NCBI GenBank assembly: GCA_964404825.1
Contig: CAYOLQ010000007.1
Span: forward strand, 2,346-66,345
Reading direction: 5' to 3'
DNA length: 64,000 nucleotides
Source of the DNA: an uncultured Chitinophaga sp.
GTDB lineage: Bacteria; Bacteroidota; Bacteroidia; Bacteroidales; GCA-2748055
Shown: positions 1-8,866 of the stretch, piece by piece
Layout: the number at the start of each line of letters is the position of its first letter
How positions within the stretch are numbered: the stretch's first letter is position 1
Position numbers and translations under genes: made by a program
Notes under the pieces: model-generated
What the model was told of the DNA's origin: nothing
What the model saw: only the letters and a program-made list of their open reading frames with translations
Database searches by the model: none

Positions 1-3000
1 GATAATCAGATTAGAAATGTTTCAACTCCCGATATTGGAGCAGATGAATTCAGTTCTCCCTTATTACCACTTGCCGGTGGGACGTATACAATCGGCGGAG
101 CCTCTCCGAATTATGCAAACTTTTCTGCAGCTGTTAACGATTTGAATACCAAAGGGATTTCCGGTCCTATAGTATTTAATATCAGAGATGGGATCTATAA
201 TGAGCAAATCAGAATTTTCGACATAAATGGTTCTTCGGTTGTGAATACCGTTCTTTTTCAATCACAATCGCTGGATTCAACCAAGGTTGAACTTTCGTTT
301 TCAGCAAATGTAAACAGCAGACATGTGATTCAACTTACCGGAACAGATAACATTACATTCAGAAAGATGACCATTTCAGCCCTAAATCCTTCCTATTCAC
401 TGGTTTTCTTTTTAGGTGGAGGGATCGAAAGACTTAATATAAAAAACTGCATCTTAAACGGAAGCGGTTCCTCCGGTAGTGAATTTAATACTTCTGTTGT
501 TTATTCAGGAAACGGCTCATTTGCAGAATTGCTGATTGAGAATAGTCTTTTAGCGGGCGGACGGTCAGGTATTTGGATGGAAAGTCCGGCAGCAGGCCAA
601 AGTAGTGGAACGCAAATCAGTAATAACCAGTTTACAGGACAGAATTATGATGCAATTTACCTGAGATATCATGATGCTCCGAAAATTGAGAAAAACCATA
701 TTGAAAATACAACTTTGTATACCTATTTCAGTGGGATTTCTCTGAACTATTGTAATAACGATTTTTTAATTCAGGGCAATTATATCACAGCACCGGCCGG
801 TAATTCGGGCATTTTTGTGAGCTACTGCATCGGGAATACAACAAAAAGAGGACTGATAGCAAATAACCTTATCGATGTTGGAGGAAACTATTATTCTAAT
901 GGAATATCCACTGAAAACTCAAGTTACCTGCGAGTATTCAGCAATTCTGTAAGGGTAACAAGCCCAGAAATGACTGGAGGAAGATCTTACAATAATGTTA
1001 ATGGTTCAAACCTGGAAGTCCAGAATAACATTTTTGCAAATCTCGGGGGAGGTTATGCTTATTATTCTAATACTGCAGCACCATTTATCAGTTCAGATTA
1101 CAATAATTTGTTTACGATTGGTAACTACCTGGCCTATTTAAACGCAAACAGCATTAATATCAGCACATTTAAAACATTAAGCGGACGCGAAAACAATTCT
1201 GTTTCGGTAAACCCGGTATTTACTTCCAATATGCATACTTCCAGTTATTTCCTTAATAATAAGGGAGTTTACATAGCATCCGTATCAAAAGATTTTGACG
1301 GTGAATCAAGAAATGCTTCCACCCCTGATATCGGGGCTGATGAATTTGCACCAACCCTTAATCCTCTGGCCGGTAACTATACAATTGGAGGTACTTCTCC
1401 TTCTTTTGCTTCATTTACTCTGGCAGCTGATGCTCTTAATGAGCGTGGTGTTTCAGGACCTGTTGTTTTTAATGTAAGAAACGGTACCTATAATGAGCAA
1501 TTTGTTTTATTCGAAATTACAGGCTCAAGCTTGGGTAACAAAATTGTTTTTCAGTCTGAATCGGGAGATTCATCGGCTGTCATCCTGAGCTTTAATTCAG
1601 CTTCAGCATCTGCAAATTATCTGATAAAGCTTATAGGAACCGACCATGTGACTTTCAAACAGATGACAATTGCAGGAACACACCCAAGCTTAAGTAATCT
1701 ATTTGTTTTAAACGGGAACGTAAGTCATTTGCAGATATTGAATAATGTACTTAGCCTTAACATAAATTCTACGAGCACTGCCATAACCTCGCCTGACGGG
1801 TACGTTTTGAATTCAATTCTAATCAAAAATAACAAATTCCTCAGTGGTGGTTATGGTGTGGTATTGAGTGGAAACACTTCTCTCCAATCGGATGGAATTG
1901 AAATCAGCACGAATCTCTTTGAAAACCAGAAATCTTCCGCCATTCGTCTGGATGACATGAATAGTCCGCTTATCAAAAGTAACAATCTTACAAGCACATT
2001 TTATAGTTATGAAGGAATCTACCTTTACAACTGTAATAATAAACTTGAGATAAGCAATAACCAGATATACTCAGAAAATTACAGTGTAGGTATAACAATT
2101 AGTTCATGTAATGGTACTTTGGTTAATCAGGGAATAATTGCAAATAATTTCATAAGCATTGCTGGTAGCTCTTATGCAACCGGAATTTCATTTAGTGCCT
2201 CCCAGTACCAGAATGTTGTATATAATTCTGTGAATATTGCTTCGACCCTAAATGCCCCTACCAGCAAGTATGCTTTTTATCTGACAAGTGGTGATAATAT
2301 TTTTGTGCGAAACAACGTATTTTCCTGTGCCTCGGGTGGGTATGCCTATTATGTAACATCCCCTGCTTCTGTTGACGCTTCCGACTTCAACGATTACTTT
2401 TCCACCAGTGATTTAGCTTATTGGAATGGGGCAAGAACAAATCTTGCTGCTCTCAGAACAGCTAATGGTATGGACGCAGCTTCCCTTTCTGTAAATCCGG
2501 CGTTTGCCTCAGTTAATGATCTCAGGGTCGGGCAGGCTTTATTGCACAGGGCAGCAACTCCTTTGTCATATGTTTTATACGATTTCTTTGGAAATATTCG
2601 TGATGCAGTTAAACCGGATATAGGCGCAACCGAATACAGTTGCTCAACACCTATATTTGATATATCTGCATCCTCATCCTGTTTTGGAGACAGCACAGTA
2701 TTTACATATGCAATTGCCAATGTATCTCTGGGTTCGGATATTAGTGTTGATTTCGACAATGATTTTAACCCGGACGCCTCTGTTACCAATCCGGTTGGAA
2801 TAATAAAGCACATGTATTCGTCATCAGGTACAAAAACAGTGAATTTTATTGTGTCACAGATTGCCGGATGTAACGATTATATTTCTGAATCAATTACCGT
2901 TGAACCTTCACCGGTTGTTGAAGTTATTGCAACAGGAACCTATTGCGGGAATAATGATGGTTCCGCAACTTTAAATATTTTGCAGGGATCGGGTCCGTTT

Positions 3001-4887
3001 ATTTATAATTGGTCTAATGGTAGTAAGAATGATAATCTGACTAATCTTTCAAAAGGACTTTACTCCGTGACCGTTGCAAACCAAAATAACTGTTTTAGTA
3101 CAAGTAATTTCGAGATTGGAGACAGGATGACTACCACTGTCACTTCGATTTCTCCATCAACATGTGGTAAGACGGATGGTTCTGCAATTGTAAGTGTTTC
3201 CGGTGGAGTTGAGCCTTATGCTTATGTTTGGTCAAATGGTGAAACTCAGGCAACGGCTCTTAAACTATCTTCCGGTGCACATTATGTAAATGTCACTGAT
3301 GCTTCAGGATGTACTTCCGTGGGTTCTGTGAACATAAGTACAGATGGATCCGGACCGAAAATTACACTGAAAACAGTAAGCCATAACAAATGCTATGGTG
3401 ACAAATCAGGAGCATTGGATGTTAATCTGACTGGCGGAGCACAGCCTTATTCCATACAATGGTCAAATGGAGCAATTACTGAAGATCTTACCAATCTGGC
3501 TGCCGGGATTTATGATGTGTTGCTAACAGACAATTCAGGTTGTCAGGCATCGGCTTCATTCGGTATCGATCAACCGGTTTTCCTGAATATTTCAACAGTT
3601 ACTGAAGATGCAAGCTGCAGCGGTACCGATGGTAAAGCTGTTGCCCTGGCAGGAGGCGGTGCCAAACCATATAATTATCTGTGGTCTAACGGTGCGGCAG
3701 GTCCGGTTGCACAAAACCTTTCGGCCGGTATATATACTCTTACCCTGACTGACAATAACAACTGTTCGGTAGTTACTCCGGTTCTCATTAATAACACCGG
3801 GGGACCAAAAATTGCTGTGAATAATCTTAAAGGTGTCAATTGTACAAATGCGGCAATTGGTTCAATAGATATACAGATTAGTGGCGGAACTCCCTTATAC
3901 ACTTATTCATGGCTTCCCGGTGGACAAACTTCCCAGGATATTAATAATCTTACAGAAGGTATTTATGAAGTAAGGGTAACTGATAATGCAGGTTGTGTAG
4001 GTGTTAGCAGTTTTGTTGTAGGAATTGAAAACCCTGCTGTTAATCCAATATGTTTGGTTACGGTTGACAGTATTACTGGTAAAAACCTGATATTATGGGA
4101 AAAACTGAACCAGCCTCAGGTTGTATCTTTTAATATTTACAGGGAAAGTTCCTCTAAAGGAATATTCCAGCTTATCGCCAGCAAACCCTATGCTGATGTC
4201 TCTGAATATCTTGATGAAATTGCAGACCCATCGCTACGATCCTGGAGGTATAAAATATCAGCAGTAGATAATTGCGGAAATGAATCAGAACTTAGTGAAG
4301 CGCATAAAACCATTCACCTTACACAAAATGTAGGATTGAACAGAAAAGTTAACCTGATTTGGGATAAATACGAAGGTTTTATAGCAAGTTCATATAGGAT
4401 CCTCCGTTACTCTAAGGCGGAAGGGTGGATTACATTGGCAACTATTCCCGGAGATTTAACTTCATTTACTGACGATAAAGCCACGATTGATGAGGATTTG
4501 TATTATGAGATCGAAGTTGAAAATCCCAATGGAAGTTGTACTTCTTTAAAAGCCAGTACGCATAATACTTCCAGATCAAACAGACAGAGTACAAACGTAA
4601 GCAGTACTTTAGGATTAATAAATTATGATATTCTGAACTCAATTGCAGTTTATCCCAACCCTGCCAGAAACGAATTTACGCTAAGCCTGAATCAGCAAAA
4701 TCTAAAAAAGGTTGCAGTGGAAATTATTGATTCAAAAGGCCAGATAATGCGAAATTTCAAATATTCCGCACAATCTGATGATTTCAGCACCACCATCGGA
4801 ATAAGCGATATCAGCGAAGGGGTTTATATTTTAAGGGTCAGCAGCGATACAAATGTTAGTTTCGTGAAACTGGTAATCAGACCCTGA
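1..4887 (+). CDS. Giant T9SS-secreted surface protein, 5'-truncated by the window edge (parallel beta-helix modules, PKD-like domain, SprB-type repeats, FN3-like domains, por-secretion C-terminal domain)
   Basis: Frame 1 is open from nt 1 (DNQIRNVSTPDIGADEFSSPLLPLAGGTYTIGG...). This stretch repeats the module boundary seen again at nt 1324 and 2614, so the tracked TTG at 142 is internal and not a start. The C-terminus (IAVYPNPARNEFTLSL...GVYILRVSSD...VKLVI) fits the Bacteroidota T9SS CTD pattern. Confidence 0.85.
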   Translation, partial: DNQIRNVSTPDIGADEFSSPLLPLAGGTYTIGGASPNYANFSAAVNDLNTKGISGPIVFNIRDGIYNEQIRIFDINGSSVVNTVLFQSQSLDSTKVELSFSANVNSRHVIQLTGTDNITFRKMTISALNPSYSLVFFLGGGIERLNIKNCILNGSGSSGSEFNTSVVYSGNGSFAELLIENSLLAGGRSGIWMESPAAGQSSGTQISNNQFTGQNYDAIYLRYHDAPKIEKNHIENTTLYTYFSGISLNYCNNDFLIQGNYITAPAGNSGIFVSYCIGNTTKRGLIANNLIDVGGNYYSNGISTENSSYLRVFSNSVRVTSPEMTGGRSYNNVNGSNLEVQNNIFANLGGGYAYYSNTAAPFISSDYNNLFTIGNYLAYLNANSINISTFKTLSGRENNSVSVNPVFTSNMHTSSYFLNNKGVYIASVSKDFDGESRNASTPDIGADEFAPTLNPLAGNYTIGGTSPSFASFTLAADALNERGVSGPVVFNVRNGTYNEQFVLFEITGSSLGNKIVFQSESGDSSAVILSFNSASASANYLIKLIGTDHVTFKQMTIAGTHPSLSNLFVLNGNVSHLQILNNVLSLNINSTSTAITSPDGYVLNSILIKNNKFLSGGYGVVLSGNTSLQSDGIEISTNLFENQKSSAIRLDDMNSPLIKSNNLTSTFYSYEGIYLYNCNNKLEISNNQIYSENYSVGITISSCNGTLVNQGIIANNFISIAGSSYATGISFSASQYQNVVYNSVNIASTLNAPTSKYAFYLTSGDNIFVRNNVFSCASGGYAYYVTSPASVDASDFNDYFSTSDLAYWNGARTNLAALRTANGMDAASLSVNPAFASVNDLRVGQALLHRAATPLSYVLYDFFGNIRDAVKPDIGATEYSCSTPIFDISASSSCFGDSTVFTYAIANVSLGSDISVDFDNDFNPDASVTNPVGIIKHMYSSSGTKTVNFIVSQIAGCNDYISESITVEPSPVVEVIATGTYCGNNDGSATLNILQGSGPFIYNWSNGSKNDNLTNLSKGLYSVTVANQNNCFSTSNFEIGDRMTTTVTSISPSTCGKTDGSAIVSVSGGVEPYAYVWSNGETQATALKLSSGAHYVNVTDASGCTSVGSVNISTDGSGPKITLKTVSHNKCYGDKSGALDVNLTGGAQPYSIQWSNGAITEDLTNLAAGIYDVLLTDNSGCQASASFGIDQPVFLNISTVTEDASCSGTDGKAVALAGGGAKPYNYLWSNGAAGPVAQNLSAGIYTLTLTDNNNCSVVTPVLINNTGGPKIAVNNLKGVNCTNAAIGSIDIQISGGTPLYTYSWLPGGQTSQDINNLTEGIYEVRVTDNAGCVGVSSFVVGIENPAVNPICLVTVDSITGKNLILWEKLNQPQVVSFNIYRESSSKGIFQLIASKPYADVSEYLDEIADPSLRSWRYKISAVDNCGNESELSEAHKTIHLTQNVGLNRKVNLIWDKYEGFIASSYRILRYSKAEGWITLATIPGDLTSFTDDKATIDEDLYYEIEVENPNGSCTSLKASTHNTSRSNRQSTNVSSTLGLINYDILNSIAVYPNPARNEFTLSLNQQNLKKVAVEIIDSKGQIMRNFKYSAQSDDFSTTIGISDISEGVYILRVSSDTNVSFVKLVIRP
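52..2637 (+). repeat. Two tandem coding modules of about 430 aa (1296 and 1290 nt) inside the giant protein
   Basis: The in-frame motif P-D-I-G-A-[DT]-E-[FY] occurs at nt 28, 1324 and 2614. The sequence after the first two copies aligns by eye: LAG.YTIGG.SP..A.F......LN..G.SGP.VFN.R.G.YNEQ, then ..FQS.S.DS....LSF. Confidence 0.8.
2944..3996 (+). repeat. Five tandem SprB-type Cys-bracketed repeats (period 219-228 nt)
   Basis: Repeats start at the Cys codons 2944, 3163, 3391, 3616 and 3841. Each reads C-x2-3-DGS/KSG-A...GG..PY.Y.WSNG......L.NL..G.Y.V.V.D..GC. Confidence 0.8.
4630..4884 (+). other. T9SS C-terminal sorting domain (CTD) of the giant protein
   Basis: The last ~85 aa are ILNSIAVYPNPARNEFTLSLNQQNLKKVAVEIIDSKGQIMRNF...ISDISEGVYILRVSSDTNVSFVKLVIRP. 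The YPNP, GxY and final hydrophobic beta-strand pattern is typical of por-secretion tails. Confidence 0.75.
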
Positions 4888-4925
4888 TAATCTGATCGGG
4901 TCCCTCTTTCTGATCAAAGTTTTTT

Positions 4926-4976
4926 CCCTCATGTTTTTTGTGTCTTAAAAACCACAAAGGACATGAGGGAATTTTT
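4926..4976 (+). terminator. Rho-independent terminator after the giant surface-protein gene
   Basis: ccctcatgttttttgtg (4926-4942) pairs with cacaaaggacatgaggg (4953-4969). The stem is about 17 bp including two G-U pairs, with a 10-nt loop, followed by aattttt. Confidence 0.75.
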
Positions 4977-5051
4977 GATTCATGAAATAACGTGCTTTGC
5001 TTGCAGAAAAGGATTCTGTATGTGCGTGTGTTAATTTTGGTTGGAATTTAT

Positions 5052-8000
5052 TCAGATTTTTATCCCCATTACAAGGATATCATCAATTTGGGAATAATTA
5101 CCCATCCATGAGACAATCGATTCCCGCAAAAGTATTTCCTGCTTATTCATATCTTCCTTATGAATGGACAGCAGTAATTCCTTAAGGCGTTTTATCATAA
5201 ACTTCTTGCCCTCCGATCCCCCGAACTGATCAACATACCCATCCGATAAGGTGTAAAAAATATCATCTTTTTTCATATCAATTGTATGCAAAGTAAAGGA
5301 ATCCTTACTCCTGAGATGTATACCTACGGGCATCTTGTCTGCCGGGAATAAAATAATTTCTCCGTCACGGATAAGGATAAGAGAATTGTTAGCACCTGCA
5401 AATTGTACTTTCATGTTTTTCAAATCGTAGATGCATAGTGATATATCCATACCATCCTGATTATCTCCTTCTTTTCCTGTTTGTCTGAGCGATTTAATTA
5501 CGTATGATCTAAGCTCATTGAGTATCTGATCGGCGCTTTTATCCTCATGTCTGATAATAATTTCATTTAAAAATGCCACTCCCAGCATACTCATGAACGC
5601 TCCCGGTACCCCATGCCCGGTGCAATCTGCAGTAACAGTAATTAAACGACCATTTTCGCTGTGCATCCAGTAAAAATCTCCGCTTACGATATCTCTGGGC
5701 ATATATAGAATGAAATACTCGTTTAGTATGCTGTCCAGGTACTCTTCAGGAGGCAGAATTGCCGATTGGATGCGGCTTGCATAATGGATGCTATCTGTTA
5801 TTTCCTTATTAATTATTTCAATCTCTGTCTTTTGTCTGACCACTTCAGCTGTTCGCTCCTGAATTATACTTCGCAAATTCTTTGTATAAACTTTAACAAT
5901 TCCCAATATCAGCAATGCCAGTAAAATCAGGTAGCTGATATATGCCAGAACAGTTCTGTACCAGGGCGATAAAATTGTAAATGAAAAACTTGCCTGAGTC
6001 CCTTCGTTCCCATATACATTTTTTGATTTTACTTTTAAAATATAGCTGCCTTCATTAAGGTTTGTATACTCTTTAACGCTTTGGTTGGTCCATTCGCTCC
6101 ATTTTTTATCGTATCCTTCCAGAATAAAACTCAGAGTGTGAAGGGATTCATTTTCTCCTGAAAGAGCTGAAAATTCGAACCTGATAGAATTCTGAGAATA
6201 GGGCAGGACAGGAAAAATGGTTTTTGGTTGTTCTAAAGCAACATATCCCGATGGATCAAACGCGGCTCCGGCAAATATTGTATCTCCACTACTGAGTATA
6301 ACACTTCTGATAAGAGTGTGATATACTGCCTTGTAATCCTTGCTTACAAATGGATCATAGCGGTAAACGCCGTCGGGTCCGCCAAACCACACAATACTAT
6401 CAACAGACTGGAAAACAGAATGCTGAACGCTTTCAGATATTCGCGAAAATGCCTGCGAATTCCAATGATAATCCATCCCTGCAACTGAGCTGAGATATCC
6501 GGCCTGGTATTTATTCCGGGATTGTTCAAAAGTTACCAGCCATGTTTTATCATATGTCTGATCGCTGATTCTGTGAATATAATGTGTTCCATCTGCAAAC
6601 ATAAGCCCAAATGAAGAATCAGGTTCAAAGCTGTTTCGGACGGGAACATATTTATATAAGCCTTTACTGGTACCTATTATTAGTCGCCCTGATATCTGGG
6701 AAATCAATGTAGGTCCGGAAGGAATTCCGCTATTCGCATCAAATTTGAATAATTCAATATCATGAATTCTTTTATTGTTAAAGGATTTGATATTCATTTT
6801 AATCAATCCCTGACTGAGTGTTCCCATCCAAAGATTGCCAAGATGGTCTTCAGAAATACTGGATATAGTTTCATCAATATCTTTTATTTTTTCTTCTTTT
6901 ATCCAGACACCCTTCTCATAATAGCAGGATGTAAGGCCATCCTCAAGTCCGACAAAAACCCTTGCAGGGTCAAGTTTTGACTGGTAAATGTCATATGCCG
7001 CTCCAGACATCAGGACCTCTGTTTTATGGTTTTTATTGATCTTCCAGATTTGGTCATTAGCCACACATAGCAATACATTATAACCCTCGTACCTGAAATC
7101 GAGCAAATCCCAGCATTCAATTGATAAACCCTCTACGGGTCTGAAAAAAGGTTCTGTGCTTTTGGCCCCATTCAGATCCCTGATTCTGGTATCAAGATAA
7201 AAGACCCCTACATTAGTTGCTGCATATATACTACCATTAAAACTTGCAATTGACTGAACGGTTCCCTGAAGACCATTTTGATTGTTGAAAAGACTTACCG
7301 GTGAAAGAACTTCAATTCTAGATATTCCTTTACTAAGTGCGAGCCAAATATTTCCGGCAGAATCGGGTTTTTGATCAAGAATAATCTGGTCTTGCAAGCC
7401 ATATGCTTTTTCTATAATACTATGGATTTCACCTTTTAGATTTACAATAACCAATCCGCCACCCCAGGTGCCAATCGAAATGAGATTTTTTCCCAGAGGG
7501 ATTGCATTAAATATGGTGTGTTTCCGGAGGTAACTGTCGGCCTGAGTCCTGAAAGCTTTTAATCCCGCAGGTTCTGAATTATCACCAGCGGTATTTAGTA
7601 TAAAGAGTCCTTCTTTATCGGTAGCAACAACAAATTTGCCGGAATCCAAAGCTACAATTCCATAAACCAGTTTATTTGCAAAGAATTCACCTTCGGGAAA
7701 TACTTCAAACGATTCCCCGTCAAATCGGACAAGTCCTTTGCCTTCAATTCTTGCAAAAAAGGTGTCTCCGGCAAGGAATGATTCATGAATCCTGGAGTAG
7801 GAGGAAACTTTTTTTATTCCGCTCCCATTCCAAATCAGTAAGGAATTATCGGTTTGAAAGATAATAAGATCCCCCATGGAATAAACATTCCAGACAACCT
7901 GAAAATCTTCTGAATTTTCAGGTAAATATGCCATCAGAGAATTGTATTTCAGATTACCGGTTGAATCAGGTGCCAGATATCCTATTTCATTTTCAGATCC

Positions 8001-8306
8001 CACATATACTCTTCCTTTATTATCAGTAGTAAGGGAACGGGGTACTTTTTCATTTACAAGTTTAATGAGTCTCCAGTGAATGCCATCGTATTCAAGAATA
8101 CCTGAAGTATTGGCAAAATACATCAGCCCGCGGGCATCCCGGGTGATCGCCACATTCATTTCCTGTGCATTGTATGATTTGGAGGAAAAATTATATACCG
8201 GAAAGTAGCCGTGACCGGGGTGATTCTGTCCAAAAAGAATTGTCTGAAAGAGAATTGCTCCTGCTAATGTTATTAAAAAGTGAATAAAACTCTTTTTTCT
8301 CAACAT
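5052..8306 (-). CDS. Transmembrane sensor phosphatase: periplasmic two-component-regulator beta-propeller repeats + Y_Y_Y domain + TM helix + PP2C/SpoIIE-family Ser/Thr phosphatase
   Basis: 1084 aa with an N-terminal signal/TM (FLITLAGAILFQTILF). A long propeller-like region is followed by a Y_Y_Y-like stretch (IRFEFSALS...YILKVKSKNVYGNEG) and a TM helix (VLAYISYLILLALLILGIV). The C-terminus carries SpoIIE/PP2C motifs (ASRIQSAILP, SGDFYWMH, TADCTGHGVPGAFMSMLG, DGMDISLC, LSDGYVDQFGG). Confidence 0.8.
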   Translation of the reverse strand: MLRKKSFIHFLITLAGAILFQTILFGQNHPGHGYFPVYNFSSKSYNAQEMNVAITRDARGLMYFANTSGILEYDGIHWRLIKLVNEKVPRSLTTDNKGRVYVGSENEIGYLAPDSTGNLKYNSLMAYLPENSEDFQVVWNVYSMGDLIIFQTDNSLLIWNGSGIKKVSSYSRIHESFLAGDTFFARIEGKGLVRFDGESFEVFPEGEFFANKLVYGIVALDSGKFVVATDKEGLFILNTAGDNSEPAGLKAFRTQADSYLRKHTIFNAIPLGKNLISIGTWGGGLVIVNLKGEIHSIIEKAYGLQDQIILDQKPDSAGNIWLALSKGISRIEVLSPVSLFNNQNGLQGTVQSIASFNGSIYAATNVGVFYLDTRIRDLNGAKSTEPFFRPVEGLSIECWDLLDFRYEGYNVLLCVANDQIWKINKNHKTEVLMSGAAYDIYQSKLDPARVFVGLEDGLTSCYYEKGVWIKEEKIKDIDETISSISEDHLGNLWMGTLSQGLIKMNIKSFNNKRIHDIELFKFDANSGIPSGPTLISQISGRLIIGTSKGLYKYVPVRNSFEPDSSFGLMFADGTHYIHRISDQTYDKTWLVTFEQSRNKYQAGYLSSVAGMDYHWNSQAFSRISESVQHSVFQSVDSIVWFGGPDGVYRYDPFVSKDYKAVYHTLIRSVILSSGDTIFAGAAFDPSGYVALEQPKTIFPVLPYSQNSIRFEFSALSGENESLHTLSFILEGYDKKWSEWTNQSVKEYTNLNEGSYILKVKSKNVYGNEGTQASFSFTILSPWYRTVLAYISYLILLALLILGIVKVYTKNLRSIIQERTAEVVRQKTEIEIINKEITDSIHYASRIQSAILPPEEYLDSILNEYFILYMPRDIVSGDFYWMHSENGRLITVTADCTGHGVPGAFMSMLGVAFLNEIIIRHEDKSADQILNELRSYVIKSLRQTGKEGDNQDGMDISLCIYDLKNMKVQFAGANNSLILIRDGEIILFPADKMPVGIHLRSKDSFTLHTIDMKKDDIFYTLSDGYVDQFGGSEGKKFMIKRLKELLLSIHKEDMNKQEILLRESIVSWMGNYSQIDDILVMGIKI

Positions 8307-8808
8307 AAAAATCAGATTCAGGATGATTGAAATACTATACTAAAACACTTGCTGCGCAATAATTGTTAAATTCGACGGGAAGAAAATATTCCAAATTTTT
8401 GTAAGCAAGTTAAACTAAAATTACTTGACTTTTAATGCAGCAGCTTTTTTTTCTCTTAAAGTTTATTGTAGTAATTTTTATCCCTAAGAATCGGAAAAAA
8501 CTCCTGCCTTATTTAGAATAAGAATATATTTGATTAAACTGGCGTATCATTTCTGGATATTCTTATAATAATTTTGTATGGCGCTACCTGATTTAAATTG
8601 CTATATATCAACACGATATTATTGTTTTATTTGGATTTGTTATTTATAATTTAGTTGTTAATCACCGGATGAGTATTTACTTTTAGGTTTTATGATTTTG
8701 ATATTGAATAACATTTTTCCATATCTTTAGCCCTTCAAAAATTAAACCGTAAGATTTGAAGGCCCCTTGCTTTATATCTGACACTTTTTCCCTCGGGATA
8801 TCCCCGAA

Positions 8809-8816
8809 TAGATTTG
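8809..8816 (+). promoter_or_regulatory. Candidate Bacteroidota sigma-A -7 box (TAGATTTG) for hppA
   Basis: Exact match to TAnnTTTG, 50 nt upstream of the ATG at 8867. Confidence 0.45.
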
Positions 8817-8866
8817 CTTTTAATAGTTTAAATTATAATTTCAATCTTAATTAACAGATAAATATT

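Noticed and set aside
2418-2813. 131-aa minus-strand ORF, plus the similar antisense ORFs 64-261, 3675-3902, 6344-6529, 10498-10803, 17188-17684, 21900-22373, 38243-38680, 45811-46254, 52034-52429, 58292-58795 and 62746-63276
   Set aside because: All lie entirely or mostly inside long ORFs with strong family motifs on the other strand. They have no recognisable motifs and show odd composition. They are shadow ORFs from stop-poor antisense frames.
142-4887. Tracked start of the giant ORF at nt 142
   Set aside because: Codon 142-144 is a TTG inside a frame that is open from nt 1. The upstream 47 codons reproduce the end-of-module and start-of-module sequence seen twice more downstream. The gene is truncated by the window edge and does not start here.
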